In this document: positions 37,191 to 49,613 of the stretch, in pieces
How positions within the stretch are numbered: the first letter of the stretch is position 1
Layout: every line of letters begins with the position of its first letter
Assembly: GCA_002633005.1 (NCBI GenBank)
Contig: NMRA01000322.1
Location: forward strand, 445,150 to 509,149
Direction of reading: 5' to 3'
DNA from: Phoronis australis
Taxonomy: Eukaryota > Animalia > Phoronida
Length of the DNA stretch: 64,000 bases
Position numbers and translations under genes: made by a program
The notes under the pieces: model-generated
What the model was told of the DNA's origin: nothing
Seen by the model: only the letters and a program-made list of their open reading frames with translations
Database searches by the model: none

Positions 37191-37965
37191 TATTTCAAGA
37201 GTTTTTCTCGTATTATTCTGCTGTTGTCCTGTGCAGTTGTCTTGTCAGTTGCAATGCAAATTCAGAATCCATCCTTAATGTAGAAAATAATGATAATGAC
37301 ATACAAGCAAACACCAACTGGGGCTTTCAGGAATGCCTTTTTACCAAGCTAACTTGGCGAAGGAGCAGTTATTTCGTTTTTTCTTCCCCTTCCCCCATGC
37401 ATTTTAGTGACAACGTCCGTAAACCCGCGGTGAGAAATAATAATCTGGATCAGACTGTGACGTTATTCGTGCGTACAAGTTTGACGAGTGCACCTCGCAA
37501 ATATTAGGCCTATTCTGTTGCCAGGTATCATCGCATTAATGTTCAAACAATAGAATAGCGTTCAGATATGCTGGGGAGCGGGGGGAGGGGGGGATTATTC
37601 AGTAAATAACCCGTGAATACACTAAATGTTCGTGTTAATAAATCAGTATGGGTATTTTCAGTGTGCGGCAGGGTGAATGGAACTTGTGCGGTTATAATTG
37701 CTGTTTACTTAACTCAAACTATGCTGTATGCAATGTGTGTGCTGCCTTTTACCAAAGCTGTTTTGTCAACCTTTGCAACCCTGAAGAAATCACAAGACGT
37801 CAATGAGAATACAACACACTTTTATTTTACAAAAACTACAAGAAACATTATTGACAATACCACCGCACTTAAAACTTACAATAGGAAAACTTACTCAACA
37901 AAAAGGTCAACACGCTTTTCTTGCTCGTATACAGTCCAGAATTAATATTTTGCAGACCAATAATT

Positions 37966-38850
37966 TTAATCGTGCTCAGGGAAACCCTCTGACTCTTCGG
38001 AGTCCGATCCCTCTTCGTCAAAGACTAAGTCAACAGTCTCTTGGCCCATATTGGCTTCGCAGTCGGCAATGTTGAAATCGTCGGCTAGCTGACTATTCAG
38101 CAGGTCGTCTTCACTGCCATCTAACGCATTGCTAATTCCACACACCTTAAAACTAGTACATGGTGGTATTACGAACCTGAAGTGTTTGACATGTATTTTC
38201 AGACGGAGCACGTTATTGTGCCAGATTTTTCTCCTGGGTTGACTGAAATTTGAATTGACCAATTAATCAAATCCCTCTCTCGTTGTAATTTCAGGCGTAG
38301 AGCACTTGAGGTGGTTTATCTCCTGGGTTAACCCAAATTTGAATTGAGCAGTTATTCAGGTCCCCATCTCGTATAATTGCAACCTGCTTGTGTTGGCCGG
38401 AAATGAATTGGTCCGTGTTTTGAATGCAGGCAGTGAAATGTAGTCCCCATTAACTGACGTGAAAATATAGTACTTACTGATACAGTAAGTAAGTGGACTG
38501 CCATTTAAGCTTCATAAAGCTCCATGCTATGATATTTTGCAGCATGCTAATATATTTGAAAACAACGTTCTCGTGAAGTCACCCTTTCATAGTCAAAATC
38601 CTGTTTCTGTTTGAGCCGTGAGAAACTTTGTGGTTGTCGGGCTCCGCTGATTAACCGAACTCACAAGATACATGCCTGAATGAGCACCCAGTGCACTTGC
38701 CCAGTTTGGCTGAAACTTCGACGTAAGCGCCCACCTTTTGGGTAATCGCCCACCCCCGATTTTTGGCCAATTGTTCATTTAAAGCGCCACCCCCTTTCTC
38801 TGGGTATCCTAATTTAAGGGACAAGGGCATTAACCCGTGTGTTTATGGTA
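37966..38850 (-). mobile_element. Pogo-family transposon remnant
   Basis: A minus frame encodes SFKVCGISNALDGSEDD plus an acidic tail, typical of pogo transposase C-termini. AAGCGCCCACC-type subterminal repeats at 38724-38795 and a ...TTTATGG|TA end at 38848. Confidence 0.75.
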
Positions 38851-39358
38851 TTTTAATACATTTTCAGGATGCAAACTTCCCCCGATATTGTGTTTAAATA
38901 TCGTACATGATTTAACTGAATGTTGCATATCTGAGCAGATTTCTTGCGCACGCATGTGGCCGTTTATATTTCTGTATGACATTCAATGGAATGTTTGGCA
39001 GTGTCACAATGAACTTAATATATGCTGTGTTGTTATCACCACCTCAGGCAGTTTAGGTAACATATAAAAACAGCTGCGTTTCCTGTCACACTCAAGACTT
39101 ATCCTAATGCAACGTGCCCTACTTTAACTGTAGTGTCCACACACATACACCTGATAAGTAGCCGATGATAGGTGATGTGAATATGATGCGAAAAAGACGA
39201 AAAGTACATATGTAACAATGCAAGCGCAGAGCTGATAGTTATGTCCATATGTGGAAGGTTTGAGGCGACACAGTATAATTTCTTGTTGATTCGTAGTATG
39301 TTTTTTTTTTAACACAGTGCAAGCACTTTTAACTGTAACTCAATTGTCAGCTTCTTCA

Positions 39359-40008
39359 TCATTTTCTTGATCTGGTCCCTGGTTCACCTCTACACTGAGT
39401 AGAATTACTGTCGTTACTGCCTTCTTCCTGGCACACCACTCTTCCCCCATCGGACAGATGACCCCGTCCTCTGTGCACTTGTTGATCTGCTTGCAAGACC
39501 TCCTCCTGCATCGATCTCCCAGTCAAGCTCGACCGGGGACTTGATGACCCTTCAGACTGATAACATGGTTGTCCGTACACCTGCTTCTCCTCAGTGTCTT
39601 CCATTTCATCAGTCTGCGGAGGATTTACCTCCTGTTGACCAGGTGAAATGACCCCCACCTCTTGCACCTGTCCCCCAGCTAAACTCGATGAGGAACTTGG
39701 CAGCTCTTCATAAGACTCTATTTGCGGGTCCATCATCAGTCTACGATCTTCATCATTTTGTGGGTCATTTGGTTCTGGTGGTAGTGGTTCTCTGATGGTA
39801 CCAGGATCGTGTTTGACAACTCCTACACATATATTGTTTATGGTTGGTATATTTTCGATCTTGCAACGTAGAATTTCTTCATTGTTTATCTTGTTCAATT
39901 CCATGAAGTTCTTTAAAGTCTTATCATCATAACTGTGTTCCATATCACTTTTCTCTTTACTTTGAGTGTGTCCGTTTATGATAAGCTGTGTTTTTCTATT
40001 ATGACCAT
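39359..40008 (-). CDS. Terminal exon of an unidentified antisense gene nested in DNMT1 intron 7
   Basis: ttattttccag acceptor, phase 1. Longest gap-free ORF in the supplied track (194 aa), extending to 215 codons from the acceptor and ending in TGA. Acidic, S/Q/P-rich. Confidence 0.75.
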
Positions 40009-42215
40009 CTGGAAAATAAAATTTTGAATATATTTATGTATAAATACCATTCATGCAATTTTCTTTTTTCATGTATTACAAAATGCACATTGATTGTTAC
40101 AGTAATTATCACAAAATTATCATTTTTCAAAGGCTGATTAATTTATTACCAGTAAAGGAAAATTTACCAGAAGTTAATTTATGACTCCTACACAGTGCAA
40201 ACCATGGTAGCAATGGACTAAAATTTTCATAATCTTTGTTTCTTTGAGAAATTGACAGAATGAAGGTTGGTCATAAGTGAAAAATTATTGTAAGTACTGT
40301 GCAGTAAGATGCTGCTAGGTTGCTATTGTACTTGTAGCTTCTTTTGTTTTTGATTTTTGTATACCTACTTCTGTTGAGAACTTTCTCACTTATTATACCA
40401 TATGCGAAATGGGCAAAGGTTCATCATAGCGCTCTCACCTAATCAATCAGTTTTATTAAGCACTACATAGATTTTCCTCTACACTTTCTTTGAAATAGCA
40501 AAGTTCAAATAGGTAGCTGTTTATTTTTGCAATCTAATGATACTTGGTACACAAAAAATAGCAAAACTGTCTTTGATTCAGGTAATCCTGTACCAGCTGT
40601 TGGGTTTAGAGGAATTCTCAGCCTGCCTTCTATCACAAAAATAAAGTTTGACTTGGATAATTTGCCATTATGAAATTTGCCTGAAAATTTTTCTCATTCA
40701 GGTGAGGTGATTTCAGGGCTTTGAAAAAACTGACAGGTCATTATTACTAGGCTAGCGTGTCGCGTGTAATTTTATCCGCTAAGCATAGTCTTTGCAAACC
40801 CTAAAACATTTCCTTTCTAAATAAAGAACAGATTGAGACCAACGTTATGGTGGTTTGAATCTAATTGGACTTAATATAGGTCTGAAGTGACTTTAACACA
40901 ATTTTGTCCCTATTATCTGAATAGTAAGCATTCCAAGCTTGTGCTGTATTATAGTGTACAATCCCCCACCTTATTTATTGGCCTCTATTTTAACTCGTAT
41001 ATCAAAAAACTAAGAATATATATTTTCTGAAAGAAAAACGATTAGGGAACATGAAAATACTTGTATTAATATACCATTATTGTTTTTACGTAAAAACCTT
41101 TTTTAAGTCAAAATTCTATTTTTTAGAAAGGTACATTCATAGCAAAATAACCTCGGTCGGTTTTAATGAAACTTTTTTAAATGAAAATGTAATCACTAAT
41201 TACCTCAAAAAACGCTGCTAGGAATTTTCAATTAGTCTTTTCGTTTGGTTTCTATGACAAATCAACTCGCAAATCAACTCGCAAAACATAAGGTATCTCT
41301 GTGAAACGGAAATCGTATTCGTCTTTGTTACATTACGCAAAAAATAGGCCTTTATATCGAAAATCCTAAGAGTGTTTTTGAGACTGATGACTAAATATCA
41401 AATTTGGAAAGTTTCAGCGAAATCCATCAAGCCGTTTTTTTGATCTCGTGTTCCTAAGTTCAAATAAAGTCGATTTGCCGAAGCCGAGAAAAAGACGATT
41501 AAACGTTCCAACAAGTGAATATCTCAAAGTTTTCAGTTAATTGTTCAGTGAAACCTTGTTTTTGGTACACATAACCTATACAAGCCTTAACTATGTTCGC
41601 TATTTCAACATTCACTCGCAATGTCAACTGATTTTGTAGTGCTTAATTGTCATTAAAACGTACCATTCCAAGCTAACTACTGATGTTTGCGACCATTTGA
41701 TCTACTTTTATATGTAAATAGGTCACAATCCATTGTTATATAAATAGCCTGTACACGTCAGGTGCTGGGTGACTGATACAAAACCACGTAAGAAATGGAT
41801 AACAAAAATCGAATCGGTGGTTAAAGCGTTTCGTTAGCATGAGACCAAAACATTGAAATGTTAATTAATTAATTGAATGAAGGAATTAGGGTGAGGATTT
41901 ATCTTTTTCCACAATTTACTGTGTTCATGACCACAGAGGCCTGAGGCAACAGTAGCATGCATTCTCAATGCCAACGGTCGTATGCATTGTGGACACACAA
42001 CTCCCTTAGCATCAAAACTATGTTTTTTCTTTGTTTTCCAAGGCACCATTCTACCATAAGTACTCCTCGTTTACTCAATGTTGTGGCGATTTTGTGAATG
42101 AAAGGACTGAGGGTATACGAAGCTGTTCTGCACCTGGCGGGAGATTCGATTTGATTGAAAGCCCTTTGACCTTTGACCTCGGATAAGTAGAAAACAAGTT
42201 TTCTTCGGGCATTAT

Positions 42216-42664
42216 CAAGGTACCTAAACTACACGGTCAACGGACTCGTAAACACGGGCAGACACATGAACACGAATCACGGACCTGCAAACACCGTCCA
42301 CTGACTCACAAATACGGGAACGGACTCGCAAAACATGATCCACGCACCCAAATACATGGGACACGGACTCATATTCACGAGGAAACACGGTTAACAGACC
42401 GCCAAACACGGGTCACGGACTCATCGGCTTCCTGGGTCAGCTGACATCTCCATTTTGTCCGTAAACCGTGTTTTGCAGTCCGTTAACTGTGTTTCCTCGT
42501 GAATATGAGTCCGTGTCCCAAGTATTTAGGTGCGTGGATCGTGTTTTGTGAGTCCGTTCCCGTGTTTGTGAGTCAGTGGACGATGTTTGCAGGTCCGTGA
42601 GTCGTGTTCATGCGTCCGTAGGCCGTGTTTATGAGTCCGTTAACCGTGTAGTTTAGGTACCTTG
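42216..42664. mobile_element. Palindromic MITE with 5-bp TSD, copy 1
   Basis: CAAGGTACCTAAACTACACGG...CCGTGTAGTTTAGGTACCTTG with arms of about 190 bp rich in CACGGA. TSD ATTAT at 42211-42215 and 42665-42669. Confidence 0.85.
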
Positions 42665-42710
42665 ATTATGTACTATCTGTTCTTAAATTCCCTTACAAAA
42701 TAATACCTAC

Positions 42711-42842
42711 CCTCATATGATTGAAGCCTTGTATTTTGTATGCTGTCATACTGATAATTTTTGTTGCCGCCATGAGCATAGTTTCTGTTTTTTCTCTGTT
42801 TAGATTGAGTGCAGCTGGTTAAGTTGATACTGGTGTAAAGAC
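42711..42842 (-). CDS. Nested antisense gene, phase-1 exon (LYTSINLTSCTQSKQRKNRNYAHGGNKNYQYDSIQNTRLQSYE)
   Basis: tttttgcag acceptor and AGG|gtaggt donor; 132 nt, open. Confidence 0.6.
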
Positions 42843-43237
42843 CTGCAAAAAGAGACCAAAACAAAATGTATGATCTTTCAATTAGCTGTGACAGGACAGC
42901 TCATAAAATCCAACAATGATAAAATTCTTCCCTGCCATTTCACTTACTGTAATTTTGGTGTTAAGATCCTCATCTTTGCCAATTTTTTTCTGCTTACAAA
43001 TACAAAATGGATTTTATGAGTGAAACCCAAAGGAAGAAAGTTGAAGTATTATGCATATAAAAACAAAGATTGTTGTTTGTCGTGTCAATTGCTCGCATTT
43101 TGAATTGTCAATGAATTGGTACAGCTTTTCGTGGTGTTTATTGCATTGGCGATGTTTATGACTTAGGCTGTTGCCAAGTCTACGCGGATCAGAAAAGGCA
43201 ATTAGTAATTCGCAACTCTTATGAACAGATTTTGTAC

Positions 43238-43354
43238 CTGGTTTCTGATACCCATCTTGTTTCTGTTCTATGGTGAGGCTATCGTTAGCAGAGCTTGTGT
43301 CTGATGGTGGAGTCACTTTGTCTCTTGTCTTTGATTTAGAAGGTGTTCTTTTGG
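43238..43354 (-). CDS. Nested antisense gene, phase-1 exon (KRTPSKSKTRDKVTPPSDTSSANDSLTIEQKQDGYQKP)
   Basis: ttttgcag acceptor and CAG|gtacaa donor; 117 nt, open. Paralogous to 44205-44303. Confidence 0.65.
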
Positions 43355-44204
43355 CTGCAAAATGGAAGTGTAGCAACTACATTAAGATGGTGACCTGCTG
43401 AGCTTGTTTACCAAAGCTTCACTGTAATATATGCCTCCTTATTTTGCCACCTTATTTCCAGGTTACAAGTACAGGGGACTCTATGAATAAAGTTTAATGA
43501 CTTGATGCTACATCCAAGAAGAAGGTCGAAATATTTTGTGCCTGGAAACAAAAAATGTTGTTTCACAGAGACTTGATAACTCTTCATTGTTTGTAATATC
43601 ATTAATGGTGCTCATGGTATACAGTGTTCTTCACCACATATTTTGCGCATTGATTTGTTTGGCAGCACTTGCGACATGTTTGAATGGCCAGAGCTTCGTT
43701 TGAAAAAAATAGTGACCTGTTTGGAAAAAGGCATCACTGCCATTCAATGCTCTCCACGACTGATTTGGAAAAATTATGCACTCACTAATTGATTTGAAAA
43801 AGAATTCCTTTACTCATTTTAGACTTAAACATTCAAATTAACCCACTGGGCGCTTAACCCAGTGATGGCCGCTTAAATTGGAAATTTCAAGAAATTGTGG
43901 TGGACAATTACTCATACATGGGTGCTTAACTGGCCACTCAGTGCATTTGAAACTAAAGTCCGAAGACTCAAAGTTCAAAAGATTTGGTGGAAGTTGCTGC
44001 TGGGAAGTTAAACCTACATCTGTGTTTGAGTAGCAAAATATGCAACTTAAAATAGAAGGAAATACATGCAAAATTAGATATGTGCAAACTGCCTGATTTG
44101 TTCACCCTGCTCAAATTTTGCAACGCAAAACTTCCTCAAAGCATTGTATGCCCTTGCTAAATTATGTATTGATGTGCAGGAATGATGCAGTGCAAATTTC
44201 ATAC

Positions 44205-44303
44205 GTTGTTTTTGATGCCCATCTTTTTTCTGTTCTTTGATGAGTTTGCTGTCTGATGGTGGAGCCACCTTGTCTCTTGACTGTGATCTTGGTGTTGTAT
44301 TGC
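44205..44303 (-). CDS. Nested antisense gene, phase-1 exon (NTTPRSQSRDKVAPPSDSKLIKEQKKDGHQKQ)
   Basis: ttctgcag acceptor and AAC|gtatga donor; 99 nt, open. Differs from its paralogue by an in-frame 18-nt indel. Confidence 0.65.
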
Positions 44304-44489
44304 CTGCAGAAATGGAACTATTTTAAACAGCAATTTTAAGACATTGAAAATATTAATTTATTCACAGAGGCTTCTGATGTGTTGTTTCCGCAACACTTCT
44401 CTCCCTGTATGCTAACTTTCGTATGCAATTTTCGTCACTTCATGTGTCAGGAATATATGTAGCCTGTGCCCTAGGTGCGAAAACCAAGT

Positions 44490-45067
44490 AACTAAACTAC
44501 TACAGATATCAGTAATTACAAAAGTTATATAACGTGTTGAACTGTAAAGGTGGGTGACAATCTGCCTCCAATGAAGGTATACACAAGTGGTGAATAGTAA
44601 GTTAAGAAACAACATGCGGAAAATAACAGCAACACCGGGACAGCGACATGTGAAATTTGAGTATAAAGAGAAAGAATGAAAATTGGTTTGAGGGAGGGAG
44701 GGAAAGAGAAATTGAGTGAAAAATGAAAGTTGGAGAGAATTGTGGACGATGGCCCAGTGTTGCAACAAGACAAAGAGATCACGTGGTACAATTGAACCAA
44801 TAATCGTAAAACAAAGAGGGTCACTGACCTGAGAATCCAAACCATATGATAATGAGGACGAGGCAGTATAGCTTACATAGAATAATTTAATACTTAAATA
44901 GTTTTTATATGCGCTAACTGCGAAGCGATACCGAAGCTAGTTTACAGTGAAACAACATGTGTAGTTGAGATAAAAGGTCATATATATTATGACAAACTAA
45001 ACTACTACAGATATCAGTAATTACAAAAGTTATATAACATGTTGAACTGTAAAGGTGGGTGACAATC
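44490..45067 (+). repeat. 516-bp repeat family, partial tandem
   Basis: Aligns with 36560-37150; unit junction at 44904. Confidence 0.8.
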
Positions 45068-46148
45068 AATTCAAGGGCAACTGCACATACCCTATTGAAT
45101 GGATTTACCATAGGATCGCGTGCAGCTCTGTGAATCTGAGATTACCTACAATGGAGCTTTGCAAAGGAGTGCAAAAAGTTGGTCTATCATGGTTTCATGT
45201 ATCAGACTAATGGGTGTCACCTTACGTAAGTAACAAATGTATGAATGGGTGTTTTGTAGAGACTTTTCTTTACCACATTTGCAATACTTTTTTGTACATT
45301 TCAAATTACCATTTTAACTACGGTCATTGATAAATGACATTTATTTTTGTCATTTGTATTGAACATTGACGGTGCGTAAGCAAAGCTCCATTGGCATGGA
45401 GAGTTTGGTTTGCGAGAACGGTCATTAATTAGGACTCAACTATGGAAATATTAGAAAATTGCAAGTCTCTGGTAAGGTGGGCATAAAAACACCAAATTAG
45501 TAACACATCACAAACACAAAGCGAACGGAACATAAAACGTAATTTAGTGGAAACAATTGACATATGGTAAAAACTAAGTTACCCACTAGTTGAGCATTAC
45601 ATTTCAAGCCTGCATATCAGGCCCTTGATCCCATGACTGATCTTAAACTATAGCAGTGGGTGACCACTTATTTTCATCTGGCCACACCATCAATATGAGC
45701 AATACTCGAATTTTATCCAGAGAGGAACATTGGCACTTCCGTAAAATCAAAGAGGCCATTTACCCGAAAAGGTGCTACCCCCGCACTTAACCGGAACCAG
45801 GGACTGCAACTTCCATTTATGGCAAGGTGTTACTTCCAGTTCCACAACACAAGGGTTGGGAGATAATCATGTGATCAAGAGCCAGAGCTGTAGGCTTGAA
45901 ACGTTATGCTTAAAGCCAAACTTCAACAGAATTTTGTTTTTTAGATGTATTGGGCAACCAGATAATCCTAGCAAAGCCTTAGTAAAATAAGAAAACGTGA
46001 TTCAATCATGCAAATGTAAGCCTGTCAAATGATAGTTGAAGCTGCCTTTTCGTGCCTTGTTGCACCACTGCACTGGCAGATCCCAGCACAAACAACAAAA
46101 GGCCAATAACAATTGTATTGAATAAGGGTCTGAATAGAACAATATTAT

Positions 46149-46579
46149 CAAGGTACCTAAACTACACGGTCACGGACCCATGAATACGACTCACGGACCT
46201 GCAAACACCGTCCACTGACTCACAAACACGGGAACGGACTCACAAAACACGATCTATTAACCCAAATACACGGGACACAGACTCAAATTCACGAAGAAAC
46301 ACGGTTAACGGACCACCAAACACGGTTTACAGACAAAATATAGATGTCAGCTGACCCAGGAAGCCGATGAGTCTGCGACCCGTGTTTGGCAGTCCGTTAA
46401 CCATGTTTCCTCGTGAATATGAGTCCGTGTCCCGTGTATTTGGGTGAATGGATCATGTTTTGTGAGTCCGTTCCCGTGTTTGTGAGTCAGTGGACGGTGT
46501 TTGCAGGTCCGTGAGTCGTGTTCATGCGACCGTGATCGTGTTTATGAGTCCGTTAACCATGTAGTTTAAAGGTACCTTG
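46149..46579. mobile_element. Palindromic MITE with 5-bp TSD, copy 2 (opposite orientation)
   Basis: Same CAAGGTACC termini as 42216-42664, with the spacer reversed. Flanks are ATTAT and AATAT. Confidence 0.85.
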
Positions 46580-47538
46580 AATATGTGCTGTGGTGTTATT
46601 CACAGCTGTTTAACTTAAAAGGTGATTCTGGCTGTGATGTAGACAAAAGCAAGCCAATACACCTAACGGTTCCTTACATTTGGCAATTGATGGCATTAGT
46701 TGAGTCCGAGTGTCATTGCTCTTAACATGCTGTAGGAACCAAATTTACATGTGTTATCGTTAAAGCTGGGCTCTGACTAAATGTCTCGTAGTAAGTAACT
46801 TCTCTCATTTTTACCGTCATCATAGGAGTCAGCAATGAATGATGAATGCTTTTAACTTGAAATAAGGATGGTTGAGATTGGTCTAATATACAAAAAAGCA
46901 TCTACATGGTATTAACAAAGAGTGAGACAGATATAAAACGACACTACAAACATAGTCAATTGAAATATCGACAGTACCATCCAAGACAAAGAATATACCT
47001 TTTCCTCATCTTCTTGCTCTTAAAAGTAGCTTGTGATCACGTAATATACAAAAATATGAGCAACATGAAATCTTTTCTTAGCAAATTAATGTGCAATTTC
47101 TTATTTGTCATGTGGAATAAAATTGGGTACCCATGATGAGTGCAAAAAAATTATATAAGACAGGGTTATTGTGTAGTTGTCTCAGAGCCAGATTTTTGTA
47201 TTCACGTAAACACTGTAACCCTTACAAAATAAGAACATTTCATTATTAAAAAGTTTGTCAGTCACCTTTGTTGTATCCACTCATTGATGAAGAGATTTTG
47301 CACATAACTGGCTTCATGTCGTTGAATGTATACAAACTGATTCAAGTTTGTCATAATTTTGTCTGTATTACTTTTAGCTACCTCAATTTTATTTCATAAA
47401 ACAGTAAAGTATAGTCTGGAAAGCTTGCGTTTTAATCATTTCTGTGAATAGATTCCATACTATATCGTTTTATAGTGAAAAATGATGTGTGCGTGTGTGT
47501 GTGCGTGTGTGTGTGTATGGTATATTAAAATGCATTAC

Positions 47539-47643
47539 CTGATTTTTGCCCATTGTCTTTTTCCGTTGTTACTAAGCTGGAGTTTCCCAATCTTTCATTG
47601 GTTGGTTGGCCTTGCCCATTGCCTTTATCTTTGCTCTTTAAAC
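47539..47643 (-). CDS. Nested antisense gene, phase-1 exon (LKSKDKGNGQGQPTNERLGNSSLVTTEKDNGQKS)
   Basis: taagcag acceptor and CAG|gtaatg donor; 105 nt, open. Confidence 0.6.
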
Positions 47644-47922
47644 CTGCTTAAATAAATATTCTCGACTAAGAACGAAACTTAGGTCTCGGAAAACTATGAA
47701 AAGACTATACTCCCTCTTTGTTTAAATATGAAAGTGAGCTATCTGCTAATTTAGCCATTTGTTTGTTGTTTTTGATAGACTATTAAAGTTCCATTTCAAT
47801 CTAGAAAAAAAGTCAATTGTGGGAATAGCTTTTGATAAGTTACATTTGTTATGGTACTTAAATTTTATGTGTTGACAATATTTTTGAAGTCGCACGGTTT
47901 CTGTTCATTTGTTGACTGTTAC

Positions 47923-48627
47923 CTTTCCTTGCTACCTGATTATCTCAATAATACCTTGACGAATTTTGCTGAAACGGGTATGAGGAGGGAATGTGCTCGC
48001 ACCAATCCATTTCGTTCTGATTCATCTACTGTAATACACCCTGGTTGCTGTTTTAGTTTGCTACAAGAAATTCCTTATCTGTAAAGTAATTTTGCTAAAT
48101 ACTTGCTGCTGAAGTATGTGGGAGTGTGCTATTGTGATGGAGTCGTCATCCATTTGGTCCAAACCTATTGTATTCCTTGCTGTGACTTCCACTGTATCAC
48201 CTATCCAAAGTTGGACTTCCTCTGTAGAAGGTGGGTTTTGCCTAGTTATTTCTTGCAAGAATTGACCAGCAGCTGGGAGAATCGCGTTCCCCTCAATTCG
48301 ATGCAACAGCTGACCAGCAGCTGGGAGAGTGGCCTTCTCATAAATCCGGTGCAAAAGTTGATCAGCAGTAGTATCTCCTTCTTCTTAATCCAAGCTCCTT
48401 CGACATCTCTAGTGTTTTCATAATACTAATTCCAAATCTCCACACGTTTTTGGAGAGTTGCATATCAGCAGCCAACACTGTCTTTTCTCTAGTCGAACAT
48501 TTCAATTGGAGGTATTTAAAATGTACACTGAACTCGTGTGACCTCACTTTTTGACACTTCTTAGTGTGTCTTTCCTTCCAGTTTATCACCAAAGTCCTCC
48601 AAAGTATTCATAGTAATCTCAGAATAG
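47923..48627 (-). pseudogene. Decayed large exon of the nested gene, with 16-aa internal repeats
   Basis: ttttgttag acceptor and AAG|gtaaca donor are 705 nt apart. There are stops in every frame, but 48-nt repeats preserve QLLHRI through synonymous changes. Confidence 0.5.
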
Positions 48628-49555
48628 CTAACAAAAGGTTATAAGTTCATTTAATAATACCAATACCAATTCTAATATCAATTCTACATAGTTAAATACT
48701 GCTAACATGTGTTCTGGTGTGACCTAATTTTAGGTGACACCTGTTGTCCAGTTGAATAAGCTATTTTTTATTTGCCTCCAGATGTCAGTCAAAATCAAAA
48801 TTATCTTTATTAAGCATATCAAATTGCTCACTGGTTCCCTGTGTGTCGCTAGGTGGTAGAAAAAACGGTATAATTTAATTCTCCACCGGAAATTTTTTTA
48901 CACTGTCGTTTCTGATTGGCTGGTCGAATTCTTAACAGATTGCGCTTTACGCAAACTGGCATGACTGATAAAGGAGGAGTAAATGTGGTCTGTTATACAG
49001 ACAAATCGGTGCTTAATTTTTGTTCAAGAAATGTGAATCACAGAAATTGTGGTTGCTCCTTTTCAGAGTGCATCTTTCTACAGCTGTCACTTACTTTTGT
49101 TTATGTTGCTGTCCTGTATTCATAATATGAATGACAGGCAGTTTAAATAGGCCAGATATGTGTTTCTTGTACGTGTATGTCAGTGTGCTTCAAGTAAGCA
49201 GCTATTAAACATCACTGCAGAAACGAAATAGTTCATGCTGCTACGCCACTTGCATGACATGGTTAAGAATTGTTCATAAAAGTCCGCCATTTCCTCTCTG
49301 ATGCAAAGCTAAGCAATGACTGCTGAGGTTACCTACTGGATGATATACCTGCATCACCTGCATGTAATCTCTACATACAGGGAACCACAGAGATCGTATT
49401 GCTCCTTTGCAGATTTAAGTGCAAAATTTTAAGGTTAGAATGACAATGTAGATTAGTCATTCAGATTAGCAAGCTGGTTGACTCCATGAAATTTTGCTAT
49501 GAAAAGAATTAAGAAGTAATGGTTTACACTGTTCTTGCGCAAAAATGGTGTTTTG

Positions 49556-49559
49556 TATA

Positions 49560-49606
<47 letters not shown>

Positions 49607-49608
49607 AT
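49556..49608. repeat. (TATATG)n microsatellite
   Basis: About 8 hexamer units directly before the pogo-like element. Confidence 0.95.
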
Positions 49609-49613
49609 AGTTA

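Noticed and set aside
48420-48627. Degenerate death domain (EMFD*...YATLQKRVEI)
   Set aside because: Faint resemblance only, interrupted by several stops; cannot be supported by eye.
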